Source: a virus (Duplodnaviria > Caudoviricetes). From it: 34,849 bases of DNA. The notes beneath the pieces are model-generated. The model was not told the DNA's origin, made no database searches, and saw only the letters and a list, made by a program, of their open reading frames with translations. Positions 18,803-26,921 of this stretch are shown piece by piece. The first letter of the stretch is position 1, and every line of letters starts with the position of its first letter. The stretch is taken from positions 1 to 34,849 of IMG/VR virus record IMGVR_UViG_3300044476_000214. The stretch is one strand, 5' to 3'. Position numbers and translations under genes: made by a program.

Positions 18803-18814
18803 ATTAAATGGGGC

Positions 18815-19213
18815 TTAATATTTTGTAATCTTTATACTCCATCCTTCTGACGAAGTAATATTCATTATGAACCCAGGATCAAAGTCTATTTCCGTCTGGT
18901 CCTTCATGCGAGTTTTATGCCTTGTCTCTTTTCGATGTTTAATGTCGTAATTGTTATGACACTTCTGGCACAGTGCTTTTAAATTTTCATCAGTACAATT
19001 CTCAGGAGTATGATCGAGATGAGCAATCGTTAATATTACCCTAATTACATCTTCATCGTCCTGTATTGTAAGCTGCCTGTCCTTGCTGTTTACCCATGCG
19101 TAATTTGGCAAACCACAAAATTCACAACAATCTTTTGCTCTTTTCAAAATGCGTGCGCGGATCTCCGACCAGTCCTCTGGGTACCTGTTCTTATTTTCGG
19201 GTTTTATAGGCAT
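18815..19213 (-). CDS. HNH-like Zn-binding endonuclease
   Basis: YPEDW, CEFC, LTIAHLDHTPEN...NLKALCQKCHN. Confidence 0.8.
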   Translation of the reverse strand: MPIKPENKNRYPEDWSEIRARILKRAKDCCEFCGLPNYAWVNSKDRQLTIQDDEDVIRVILTIAHLDHTPENCTDENLKALCQKCHNNYDIKHRKETRHKTRMKDQTEIDFDPGFIMNITSSEGWSIKITKY

Positions 19214-19222
19214 GGCGATTTA

Positions 19223-19600
19223 TTATTTTTTTGTAGGTAAAGGTGTTACTGAAATATCTAAATAATACTGGCAGTCCTCAAATCTTACCCATTCACCTTT
19301 TCTATTACCTCTGTTTAAATTAATGACATATGAATGCCTTCCGCCTGGCAGTACTGAGAAAGGAACTTCTCCATCTGTTTTTTCATAAGTCAATCCTGTA
19401 AGATATTCCTGAAATTCTTTAATCATTAATTGCTCTTTGGTAAAACAACATCTATCATCCCAGGGAACAGCAACTAAATCCAAATCCCTTTCCATGCTTC
19501 CGTGAATAAGTAGATTATACCCATATTCACGTGCAATGTCTTTAAGATATTCATAGAACATTGTATATAATCCCGGCTTAAAATGTTTAGGTTTATCCAT
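19223..19600 (-). CDS. Minimal nucleotidyltransferase-like protein
   Basis: LLIHGSMERDLDLVAVPW (GS...DxD) and a later YLDIS aspartate, as in the Pol-beta superfamily. Confidence 0.55.
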   Translation of the reverse strand: MDKPKHFKPGLYTMFYEYLKDIAREYGYNLLIHGSMERDLDLVAVPWDDRCCFTKEQLMIKEFQEYLTGLTYEKTDGEVPFSVLPGGRHSYVINLNRGNRKGEWVRFEDCQYYLDISVTPLPTKK

Positions 19601-19613
19601 AACTTTTTTAATT

Positions 19614-19850
19614 TTATTTATTTAATCTCTGTCTAAACGAATCATAGCTGCTATATCTAAACTCCTGAAACACCTCATAAAACTTCTGGTTCAGGTCGTC
19701 GAACACTTGTTTACGGGTACAATTATTATCGTGCCCCTTAGCGCGGAGCTCCTCCCAGAACACCTCTATGAAACCCTGCCTGGTAAACATCCGTATTATC
19801 TGGCTGTCAACTTCAACTTTCTTAACTTCAGGAGAAATGTATGGCTTCAT
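19614..19850 (-). CDS. Small protein coupled to terL (possible late-gene regulator)
   Basis: 78 aa; ATGA overlap with the terL stop; ends RYSSYDSFRQRLNK. Confidence 0.6.
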   Translation of the reverse strand: MKPYISPEVKKVEVDSQIIRMFTRQGFIEVFWEELRAKGHDNNCTRKQVFDDLNQKFYEVFQEFRYSSYDSFRQRLNK

Positions 19851-21541
19851 ATAGTTCTGAGTGAGTGTCCGTGATTATAAATTATTTTATCTGAGGTGCC
19901 GGAGGTGAGTGTGAGGTATTCGCCTATAGCTGTAATGGAGGCAATGGGTCCGTCGATCTTCTCACGGCTCCGCTTTTTGTCGGGCTTAATATTTTCATTT
20001 GTATCGACAAGTATTACAACATTGCGCATCATCCAGCGCATAACAGGGTTGTTAAAGTGCTCGAGCTCGCCTGAGCTTATTATTTTTTCAAACTCCTTTG
20101 TAGGAGCACTCATATTTTTTAAGCTCTGAGCATATAGGTCGAGCTGATCGACCGGGAAGCCTCCTTTCTGAATATTCTGTATAACTCCGTGGTGAGCCAT
20201 GTATGGGTCGTATGCCAGTCCCTTAACCTTATAATCTGAGAGATGCCTGAGAACATCGGCGCTTACCTGGTCGACATCGATAATACTCCCGGGCATAATG
20301 GTAATCCATCCCTGCTTCGCCCAGAGAGCATAATCGACACGGTCCTCTTTCTCTTTAACCTTATCTTCGGGGATCCAGAAGAAGAGCCTTAATGCCGGGT
20401 GCCCTTTGATATTAGGGAAGAAGAGTGCCAGCGCAATTATATCGATATGCGATGCAAGGTCGATACCGGCATAACACTCCTGAGCTGCGAGATCTTCGTA
20501 AGTAAGATTGTGGGTGCATTTCATCCAGGTTTCGTCGGGGAGCCATACGGTAGGTGCATCGACCCACAAATTAAGGTTCTTTGTTTTGAAGGCAACCTCT
20601 TTGGTACGGCTGTTAAGCGCTCCCTTAAACTCATCTTCAAACCTATTTGCCAGAACCGAAATGCCCCAGTTAGGGTTTGCCTTGCGCCACACATCGGGAT
20701 CTTTCCAATCATCCTCTTCGTCAAGGGTAAACACAATGGCAAAGGTATCATCCTGTTTTTTAATTCCTTTCAGGATATCGATGCACAGGTTACGATACTC
20801 ATAACAGGGCAGATCCTTATCTCTTCCTGATGTGGTAATGATTACCACCAACGGTTGGCGGCGGTTAACGGTTGCAGATTGTATATTCTCAAATACAAAA
20901 TTGTTCTTCCAGGTAAACACATGGTACTCGTCGATAACAGCTGCTGATGGGTTGATACCTTCCATGCTCTCGGAGTCGCGGCCCAGCGGTTCCATCTTTG
21001 AGCCGGTTGTTTGTATGCTTACATTGTTGGTTAGACACCGGGCACGCTTTGCCAGGGCGGGGCTCTTCTCAATCATCCGCTTAGCTTTGTCGAAACAGAT
21101 GTGAGCCTGCTTTTCGACAGTGGCTGCCAGGTAAACTTCTGCTTCCTCCTCGCCGTCGAAAAACAGCAGGTAATTGGCAAACACTGCAGCAAAAGTTGTC
21201 TTGCCGTTTTTCTTTGGAAGCTCGAGGTATGCATAGTTAAACCTGCGGGTACCGAGTGGCGAGGAGGTATCTTTTTTATGCCATCCGAAAATGATATAGA
21301 TGATTGCAGCCTGCCAGGGCTCGGGGTTGAAAGTAACCCAAGATCTTTTGTCGGGGGAGTGTTTGAGCAATCCGCAGAAATCGAATACCCGTTCAGCTGC
21401 TTTCTTATCGAAGTACCAGCCATTCTCAGGAGCAACACGCAGATCTGCAGCGTGCCTCTCAAAAGTAAGGCGAGTAGTAGCACTGAGGGCGATCTTCCCG
21501 GAGAGCACGTCGGCAATATATTTTTCTGCAGCGCGGATCAT
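19847..21541 (-). CDS. terL: Terminase large subunit
   Basis: PWQ motif, Walker A PKKNGKTT, Walker B VIDEYH, ITTSG, GIDLAS nuclease motif, YDPY, KIDGPIA. Confidence 0.96.
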   Translation of the reverse strand: MIRAAEKYIADVLSGKIALSATTRLTFERHAADLRVAPENGWYFDKKAAERVFDFCGLLKHSPDKRSWVTFNPEPWQAAIIYIIFGWHKKDTSSPLGTRRFNYAYLELPKKNGKTTFAAVFANYLLFFDGEEEAEVYLAATVEKQAHICFDKAKRMIEKSPALAKRARCLTNNVSIQTTGSKMEPLGRDSESMEGINPSAAVIDEYHVFTWKNNFVFENIQSATVNRRQPLVVIITTSGRDKDLPCYEYRNLCIDILKGIKKQDDTFAIVFTLDEEDDWKDPDVWRKANPNWGISVLANRFEDEFKGALNSRTKEVAFKTKNLNLWVDAPTVWLPDETWMKCTHNLTYEDLAAQECYAGIDLASHIDIIALALFFPNIKGHPALRLFFWIPEDKVKEKEDRVDYALWAKQGWITIMPGSIIDVDQVSADVLRHLSDYKVKGLAYDPYMAHHGVIQNIQKGGFPVDQLDLYAQSLKNMSAPTKEFEKIISSGELEHFNNPVMRWMMRNVVILVDTNENIKPDKKRSREKIDGPIASITAIGEYLTLTSGTSDKIIYNHGHSLRTI

Positions 21542-21831
21542 AAGTTTAACTGCATTTGACCTCCGGGAACAATCTTGTTTAAAAGTTCAACGCCAGCTTT
21601 AACTAACCTCTTGTACGAATCAAGCTGGTCGTTCTTTTCTTCTTCGGTCCATAACTGGTTATTTCTGTGCTTCGAATAAAAATCAAGCTTCATGTTATTA
21701 ACCCAAATGTGATATTCTACCAACTCCCTTCTTGGCGGAGTACCGCAGAAATTAGTTAAAATCTCCAGAACCTTTTTATCCGATATATACATATCGCTTT
21801 TAGGTAAATTTATATCTGTCATTTTCTTCAA
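21538..21831 (-). CDS. Hypothetical protein
   Basis: 97-aa ORF overlapping both neighbours (ATGA overlap with terL). Confidence 0.6.
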   Translation of the reverse strand: MKKMTDINLPKSDMYISDKKVLEILTNFCGTPPRRELVEYHIWVNNMKLDFYSKHRNNQLWTEEEKNDQLDSYKRLVKAGVELLNKIVPGGQMQLNL

Positions 21832-22111
21832 CTATTATGGTTGTAAACGGAAATTTATCTGCAGGTACCTGCTGGATAACATCGATAAGCACAGTACCCG
21901 AAGTAAACACAACATGCATTTCGTTATTGAACGAGATCTGCATGTGTAAGCACTTCCCGGTTCCCTTCTTTTTAAATTCTTCAACTTTAGAGTCAACAAC
22001 TTTGAAGTGGTGAATTACAATTTCCTTATTGAGTATTTTGGTAATCTTAATCTTATTACCCTCAAATCCTCTCTCCGGAGTTTTAATATCAAACTGACTA
22101 AACCGGTTCAT
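21800..22111 (-). CDS. RT-coupled beta-rich protein, candidate DGR accessory factor
   Basis: Overlaps the RT stop by 14 nt; alternating hydrophobic strands and VFTSGTVLIDVI...FPFTTII; not helical like Avd. Confidence 0.6.
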   Translation of the reverse strand: MNRFSQFDIKTPERGFEGNKIKITKILNKEIVIHHFKVVDSKVEEFKKKGTGKCLHMQISFNNEMHVVFTSGTVLIDVIQQVPADKFPFTTIIVEENDRYKFT

Positions 22112-23057
22112 GCAATAATTTTCTTAATAAGTTTTTACTGTTACAATGGATGGCCCAGCCTCTGTACGATGCAATAGACTGAGGATTCTTATCCCTCCGG
22201 AGCATCCGTGCAAAGCTCTGCTTAATACTCTTCCGGAGTAATGTATGTGAATGTCTGAAAACGTACCCTACAAAATCAATACCCCTGGCATCGACCGGGA
22301 ATACCTGGTAATTATCCTTAACTGTGAGCTTCAGGTTTTCCTGCAGGTACCTGCGAATCTGATCGAGGCCCTGGTGCAGATGCTCTTTACTGTCGGAGAG
22401 AATAACCATATCATCAGCATACCGGAAATAATACTTTACCTGCAGCTGCTCCTTCATCCAGTGATCGAAGTATGTGAGGTAAAAATTAGCAAAGTACTGG
22501 CTCAGGTAGTTCCCGATCGGGAGCCCGTCGGCGCTGTCAATTATACCATCCATAAGCCATAGCAGATCCTGGTCCTTAATCTTTCTCCTGAGCAGCTGCT
22601 TCAGTATCTCATGATCCACGTTTGGGTAGAACTTTTTAATGTCGAGCTTCAGGCAGAACTGAGTCCCTGCAGTATCCTTCAGAGCATTTTTTACAGCTGC
22701 TGCAGCTGCGTGTATTCCTCGTTTTTTAATACAGCTGTATGTATCTGCAGTAAACGTAGATACAAAGATTGGTTCGAGTATATTCATTACCGCATGGTGA
22801 ACTATCCGATCTGGGAAATACGGAAGCCGAAAGATGATCCGTTCCTTCGGTTCGTAAATCGTAAAGGTTGTGTACTCAGATGTCATGTAAGTTTTATTGA
22901 TCAATGCCATGTGAAGATCCTGAATGTTCTGGATCCGGTTCTGGTCGTGCCTGAGTATCCCGGGCTGATTCAATTTTCCTTTTCTGGCAATAGAATCTGC
23001 AAGCATCAGGTTTTCGATGCTGCAGATCCTTTGATATAAATTATTTATTCGTTTCAT
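22098..23057 (-). CDS. DGR reverse transcriptase
   Basis: EPKERII, DRIVHHA, LKLDIKKFY, GLPIGNYLSQ, YFRYADD, GIDFVGY; 319 aa with no maturase or endonuclease domain; adjacent template repeat. Confidence 0.96.
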   Translation of the reverse strand: MKRINNLYQRICSIENLMLADSIARKGKLNQPGILRHDQNRIQNIQDLHMALINKTYMTSEYTTFTIYEPKERIIFRLPYFPDRIVHHAVMNILEPIFVSTFTADTYSCIKKRGIHAAAAAVKNALKDTAGTQFCLKLDIKKFYPNVDHEILKQLLRRKIKDQDLLWLMDGIIDSADGLPIGNYLSQYFANFYLTYFDHWMKEQLQVKYYFRYADDMVILSDSKEHLHQGLDQIRRYLQENLKLTVKDNYQVFPVDARGIDFVGYVFRHSHTLLRKSIKQSFARMLRRDKNPQSIASYRGWAIHCNSKNLLRKLLHEPV

Positions 23058-23274
23058 GCCTTTGCCTTCCTAAGATCGCGTTCCCTTACGGTACCAGCGC
23101 TCTCGTTTATTAGTTTATTTTTTGCCATGCGGGCAAGGTTTATGCTGCAGTATGTGCATAGGTGGGAACTGACATTCGTATTCGTGTTATCGTAGTTGTA
23201 ATTCGCGTTCGAAAAACTGAGACTGGACGACAAAACTGGCAGCTCTGGCAACATACAACCTGTGTTAAAATTAT
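23058..23274 (-). ncRNA. Probable structured DGR template RNA (TR plus flanks)
   Basis: 5' flank GGTTGTATGTTGC can pair with 3' flank GCAGCATAAACC; TTGCC-CGCAT-GGCAA hairpin in the spacer before the RT. Confidence 0.6.
23154..23236 (-). repeat. DGR template repeat (TR), 83 bp
   Basis: GTTTTGTCGTCCAGTCTCAGTTTTTCGAACGCGAATTACAACTACGATAACACGAATACGAATGTCAGTTCCCACCTATGCAC; AAC/AAT-rich with 23 adenines; differs from both VRs only at A. Confidence 0.96.
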
Positions 23275-23676
23275 CTACAACATCCAATCAGCGTAATACT
23301 CTTTGCATTGTTCAAAAATGTACAATGCCTTTTCAGATGATTCAGTGCAAAGGCGGGAACCGACATCCGTAAGCGCGTAATCGCAGCCGTAATACGCGGA
23401 CGAAAAACCGAGACCGGACGACAAAACCCATGCATATGGATAATATTTTGCCTGTGATGAATCTCCCATCCTGGCCTTCCATCCATTGTTAACAGCTTTA
23501 ATGAACATCATAGTTTTAAAAATCCCGATTAAAGCCTTACCGAGATCTTCCGGAATCATAGATACATCAGGTACATTTGCCGGGTCATGATTTTCTTTCG
23601 CGCAGGCATCTTCATAACTTTTAATCGTTTTGTAATCAAATGCCAGTTTCTTTGGTGTTACTTTTTTTGTTGCCAT
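23275..23676 (-). CDS. DGR target protein 1 (133 aa)
   Basis: Start re-called at ATG 23676 (MATKKVTPKK); contains VR1 (VLSSGLGFSSAYYGCDYALTDVGSRLC). Confidence 0.9.
   Translation of the reverse strand: MATKKVTPKKLAFDYKTIKSYEDACAKENHDPANVPDVSMIPEDLGKALIGIFKTMMFIKAVNNGWKARMGDSSQAKYYPYAWVLSSGLGFSSAYYGCDYALTDVGSRLCTESSEKALYIFEQCKEYYADWML
23345..23427 (-). repeat. DGR variable repeat VR1
   Basis: 83-bp ungapped match to TR; 16 mismatches, all at TR adenines (9 A>G, 5 A>T, 2 A>C). Confidence 0.96.
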
Positions 23677-23680
23677 GGGT

Positions 23681-24160
23681 CTAATATTGAGCGTTATTAA
23701 AATCTTCAAATAATTTGGTGAAATTTTCGCCGGCATGTGTTGCTGTCTCTTCAGATTTGAAGGCAAGGCGGGAACCGACAAACGTAGACGAGTAATCGCA
23801 GTCGTAAGTCGCGTACGAAAAACCGAGACCGGACGACAAAACATCGAATATTGGCGCCCACTTCTTCTGTGTGGTATCATAGAGGTTATACTTCCAGTCC
23901 TGGTTGTAAGCCCTAGTACAAATCTTTAACCTTTCAAATGCAATAGTACTGGGGTCAAATCCTTCTCCAGTCCATTTATTATTAAAGTCAACTTCGGTTG
24001 TACCGGTTGAACGGCACAGATCATCGAAGGTTTTAAAATCCTTCCAGTCTAATTTTTTAAAACAATCAATCCCGAAAGTCTCTTCCAGAATTTTTCTCAG
24101 TCCCGACGGCGATTCATCATAGATCTCCTTTGCGGTTTCTTTTTTAATTTTTAGTTCCAT
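23681..24160 (-). CDS. DGR target protein 2 (159 aa), paralogue of target 1
   Basis: Contains VR2 (VLSSGLGFSYATYDCDYSSTFVGSRL); shares FKTFDDLC/IKSYEDAC and AYNQDWK/AVNNGWK with target 1. Confidence 0.9.
   Translation of the reverse strand: MELKIKKETAKEIYDESPSGLRKILEETFGIDCFKKLDWKDFKTFDDLCRSTGTTEVDFNNKWTGEGFDPSTIAFERLKICTRAYNQDWKYNLYDTTQKKWAPIFDVLSSGLGFSYATYDCDYSSTFVGSRLAFKSEETATHAGENFTKLFEDFNNAQY
23766..23842 (-). repeat. DGR variable repeat VR2
   Basis: 77-bp ungapped match to TR; 14 mismatches, all at TR adenines (6 A>G, 6 A>T, 2 A>C). Confidence 0.96.
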
Positions 24161-24175
24161 AGCATTAATATTTAG

Positions 24176-24760
24176 TTAGTTATGAATAAATAATGGTTTA
24201 CCAATACCAACAACACGGAGCCCGCTTTTAATACATTCTGCAGCGCATTCTTCTGCATAGATGCCGTCGGCAACTTCGACAATATGATTAAAGCCAACCC
24301 TCTTAGCCAGGTCGAGCCGGACAATGAAAGAACCCATATCGATATGCCCAACCTGAATGCGCGTATGAAGCACATCGTACCTGAGATAATTATGAATAGT
24401 GTCGCATGTAACCATTCCTACGCGCGGGTTACATGCCTCACACATCATTTCAATAAACAGCGGGACATACTGATTATCATCATTAGTAATGAGAATAAAA
24501 TCATCGGCATCACCTTTGGTATCCTGGAGAAGCATTGCTCTGTTCGGGTGCCCCCAAAAGCCGTTTATCTTTTTTGTGAAATCAAACTCGATACGCGGAT
24601 CCGCGAGTGAGGTTACAAACTTCTCAAGCCCTTCAGGAGGAGGTCCATCGTGTATTATCCTGAGTGTCCAGTTCTTATTTGTCTGGCAAAGAAAATCATA
24701 TATAAGCCGTTTCGTTTCGATAGGACGGCGGAAGGCTGTAGCTATAACGTGTAATTTCAT
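24176..24760 (-). CDS. GT2-like glycosyltransferase
   Basis: LHVIATAF...QTNKNWTLRIIHDGP...WGHPNR...ILITNDDNQY (GT-A fold). Confidence 0.8.
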   Translation of the reverse strand: MKLHVIATAFRRPIETKRLIYDFLCQTNKNWTLRIIHDGPPPEGLEKFVTSLADPRIEFDFTKKINGFWGHPNRAMLLQDTKGDADDFILITNDDNQYVPLFIEMMCEACNPRVGMVTCDTIHNYLRYDVLHTRIQVGHIDMGSFIVRLDLAKRVGFNHIVEVADGIYAEECAAECIKSGLRVVGIGKPLFIHN

Positions 24761-25473
24761 ATGACCTGTATTGCCTGTTTAATATCCCTGTCAAAATCTT
24801 CCGAGATCTTCTGTGCAGTTGCATGGTAATGAATACCCCAGCCGAGCTGTTTGTTAAGTTCGCTAAGCCGTTTATAGCTCTGCTCGTTACGATCGATAAC
24901 CCACTGCTTTGAGAGATAGCGCATGTGAAATGTTTTCATACCAACCACATGATAGAATATCACGTTACCTTCGGGGTGAGCTTCGTGACATCCGGGGTCG
25001 TAGTTTATGTTTGTAATCATTCGGGGACGAAATACATTTGTCTTACTACCACATGGAATACCGTACGTTACCTCTTCGTATATCTGCCCCTCTGTTACAG
25101 GAAATTTTTCAGAGTACATATTAAACATGCGGGGAGTAATAATTGTAGCCTCGGAAAGAGTTACATCTTTAAGTGCTTTAACTATATCGGCATGATAAAC
25201 AAGCTCATCGATGTCGCCAACAATAACCCAGTCGGCATTGCTGTTTTTCCAGCAGTTGTTTTTTATCTGAAGGTAAATATCATCGCGGATCTGGTTGCCG
25301 CTATCGTATTTAACCAGCTTTACTTTAGGGTTTGCCAGGCAGATCTCTTCGCTGCGGTCGGTAGAGTAGTTATCAAAAATTATTATCTGATCGCAGAACT
25401 GCGAGTAATGGCGCAGATAATATGGAAGCAGAGCCTCCTCGTTGTAGCATATTGCAAAAGCTTCAATTTTCAT
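24757..25473 (-). CDS. GT-A glycosyltransferase (GT2-like, 238 aa)
   Basis: Start re-called at 25473: MKIEAFAICYNEEALLPYYLRHY...IFDNYSTDRS...WVIVGDIDEL. Confidence 0.85.
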   Translation of the reverse strand: MKIEAFAICYNEEALLPYYLRHYSQFCDQIIIFDNYSTDRSEEICLANPKVKLVKYDSGNQIRDDIYLQIKNNCWKNSNADWVIVGDIDELVYHADIVKALKDVTLSEATIITPRMFNMYSEKFPVTEGQIYEEVTYGIPCGSKTNVFRPRMITNINYDPGCHEAHPEGNVIFYHVVGMKTFHMRYLSKQWVIDRNEQSYKRLSELNKQLGWGIHYHATAQKISEDFDRDIKQAIQVI

Positions 25474-25474
25474 A

Positions 25475-26617
25475 TTACCATGTTTTTGCCCAGTGATGAA
25501 TTGCATAAGTCTGATGAGTAGCACAGCCCGGATGGTACTTCTGATCGAAGTAATACGGGTAGAAATACTTTGATTTAGTAACAATAATCTCATCGAGCAG
25601 CTGGGTAGAATCTTCTTCTTTCCATCCGTACTGTTTTGCAATGTTTGTAAACATCTGAGGTCCGGTTTCAATTTCAATGCCCAGCGGTCCGGGGTTATGG
25701 AATACAAAGAGATCCATAAACTCGAGACACTTACCCAGGAACTCATGCCCGGGCATAGATCCGATAACTGCATTGTTAACCCTGTGCGGTGCTTCGCAGC
25801 CAACAAAGAACTTAGTATATAGAAGATCGTCGAAGCTCTTTACAGCTTCAATGTCGATATCGAAATATATTCCGCCGGTTGCAAATAACCTTTCGCACCT
25901 TCCATAATGCCCGGCGACGGAGAATAGTTTACGGTTTATGGCTTCCATAACGAAAGGAGACTTAACAACATTATCGAGAGAGATTTGCTCTATACGGTAA
26001 TCGGGCATCAGTACTCTCCAACCATCGATATACTTCTGAAATCTCTGAGGGAGCGGATCCGGACTCACCCATGTATAGTAAATTATCCGCGGGATCTCTT
26101 TCTTGAAGTACCAGGTTGGGTATGGGTTTCCCTCCCAGTAATCGTCGGAGGTAACATGCAGTTTATAGCCATGTTTAACACAGAACTCATCAACAGCAGC
26201 CTTCACTCCGAACTCACAACCGGCACCTTCATCTTTACTCCAGTTCAGGTAATCGTGCCCGGCAACCAGACCTCCATGCCTGACCTTCGGGAACCAGCAT
26301 TCGATATCCTGTTTGCAATGTTCGTAATCGTGGTCGGCATCGATGTACACAAAGTCGAGAGATTCATCTACAATCTTTTTTGCAGCATCAATTGAGCTCG
26401 ATTTTGTTGGTACACATCGCGGATCCGTAAGAGCTACCAGGGCAGTCTTGTAAATTTCTTCATGCTCCCACATATCAACCGATATAAGGTTGCCTTTATA
26501 CTGCGAAAGAATTAGTTTCGAGAAGTTTCCTCTTTCTACTCCTATCTCGGCACCAAGCCCAGTCTTATAAAAAGTCTGTGCCAGGTTTCCAAATTGTTCT
26601 CTTGTTGTGATTTCCAT
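25475..26617 (-). CDS. Class I methyltransferase (Methyltransf_24-like) fused to a DXD glycosyltransferase (GT32-like)
   Basis: GAEIGVERG, DFVYIDADHDYE, GGLVAGHDY; then IPRIIYYTW, GGIYFDIDIE, TGPQMFT, YAIHHWAKTW. Confidence 0.88.
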   Translation of the reverse strand: MEITTREQFGNLAQTFYKTGLGAEIGVERGNFSKLILSQYKGNLISVDMWEHEEIYKTALVALTDPRCVPTKSSSIDAAKKIVDESLDFVYIDADHDYEHCKQDIECWFPKVRHGGLVAGHDYLNWSKDEGAGCEFGVKAAVDEFCVKHGYKLHVTSDDYWEGNPYPTWYFKKEIPRIIYYTWVSPDPLPQRFQKYIDGWRVLMPDYRIEQISLDNVVKSPFVMEAINRKLFSVAGHYGRCERLFATGGIYFDIDIEAVKSFDDLLYTKFFVGCEAPHRVNNAVIGSMPGHEFLGKCLEFMDLFVFHNPGPLGIEIETGPQMFTNIAKQYGWKEEDSTQLLDEIIVTKSKYFYPYYFDQKYHPGCATHQTYAIHHWAKTW

Positions 26618-26621
26618 AGAA

Positions 26622-26921
26622 TTAGTTTTTATCTTTTACCAGGAATAAACCCATATGAAATACGCCATCGCAATAGATACTGTAGTCACCATTGCAAGAG
26701 TGAGATTCATGCATACTTACTCTAAGAGGTTTACATCTGTGAAACTCCTGATTTAATTTCTCCATTTTGTCCAATAGCTCAACTCTGAAATCCATTATTT
26801 CGTTTTCAGATAAGAGTCTGCGGTCCATTTCTCTGGCAAGGTTATGAGCTGCCTTATCAAGATTATTCCTTGCAGACCAATGGTCCGCTGTAATTCTGCT
26901 GAAGTAAATTTTCTGTGCCAT
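26622..26921 (-). CDS. Hypothetical protein
   Basis: 99-aa ORF tightly packed between terS and the GT cluster. Confidence 0.6.
   Translation of the reverse strand: MAQKIYFSRITADHWSARNNLDKAAHNLAREMDRRLLSENEIMDFRVELLDKMEKLNQEFHRCKPLRVSMHESHSCNGDYSIYCDGVFHMGLFLVKDKN

Noticed and set aside
22098-23057. RT as a group II intron, retron or Abi RT
   Set aside because: No maturase/endonuclease extension or retron VTG motif; the A-specific TR/VR pairs identify a DGR.
23154-23842. Three ~80-bp repeats as a CRISPR array
   Set aside because: Too long, irregularly spaced, two lie in coding sequence, and there are no cas genes.
23677-23880. N-terminal 68 aa of ORF 23275..23880, and ORF 23271..23486
   Set aside because: Alternative-frame readings across VR2/VR1; the real start at 23676 follows the target 2 stop by 4 nt.
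25474-25806. N-terminal 111 aa of ORF 24757..25806
   Set aside because: Overlaps the upstream gene in another frame; the GT domain begins at ATG 25473.
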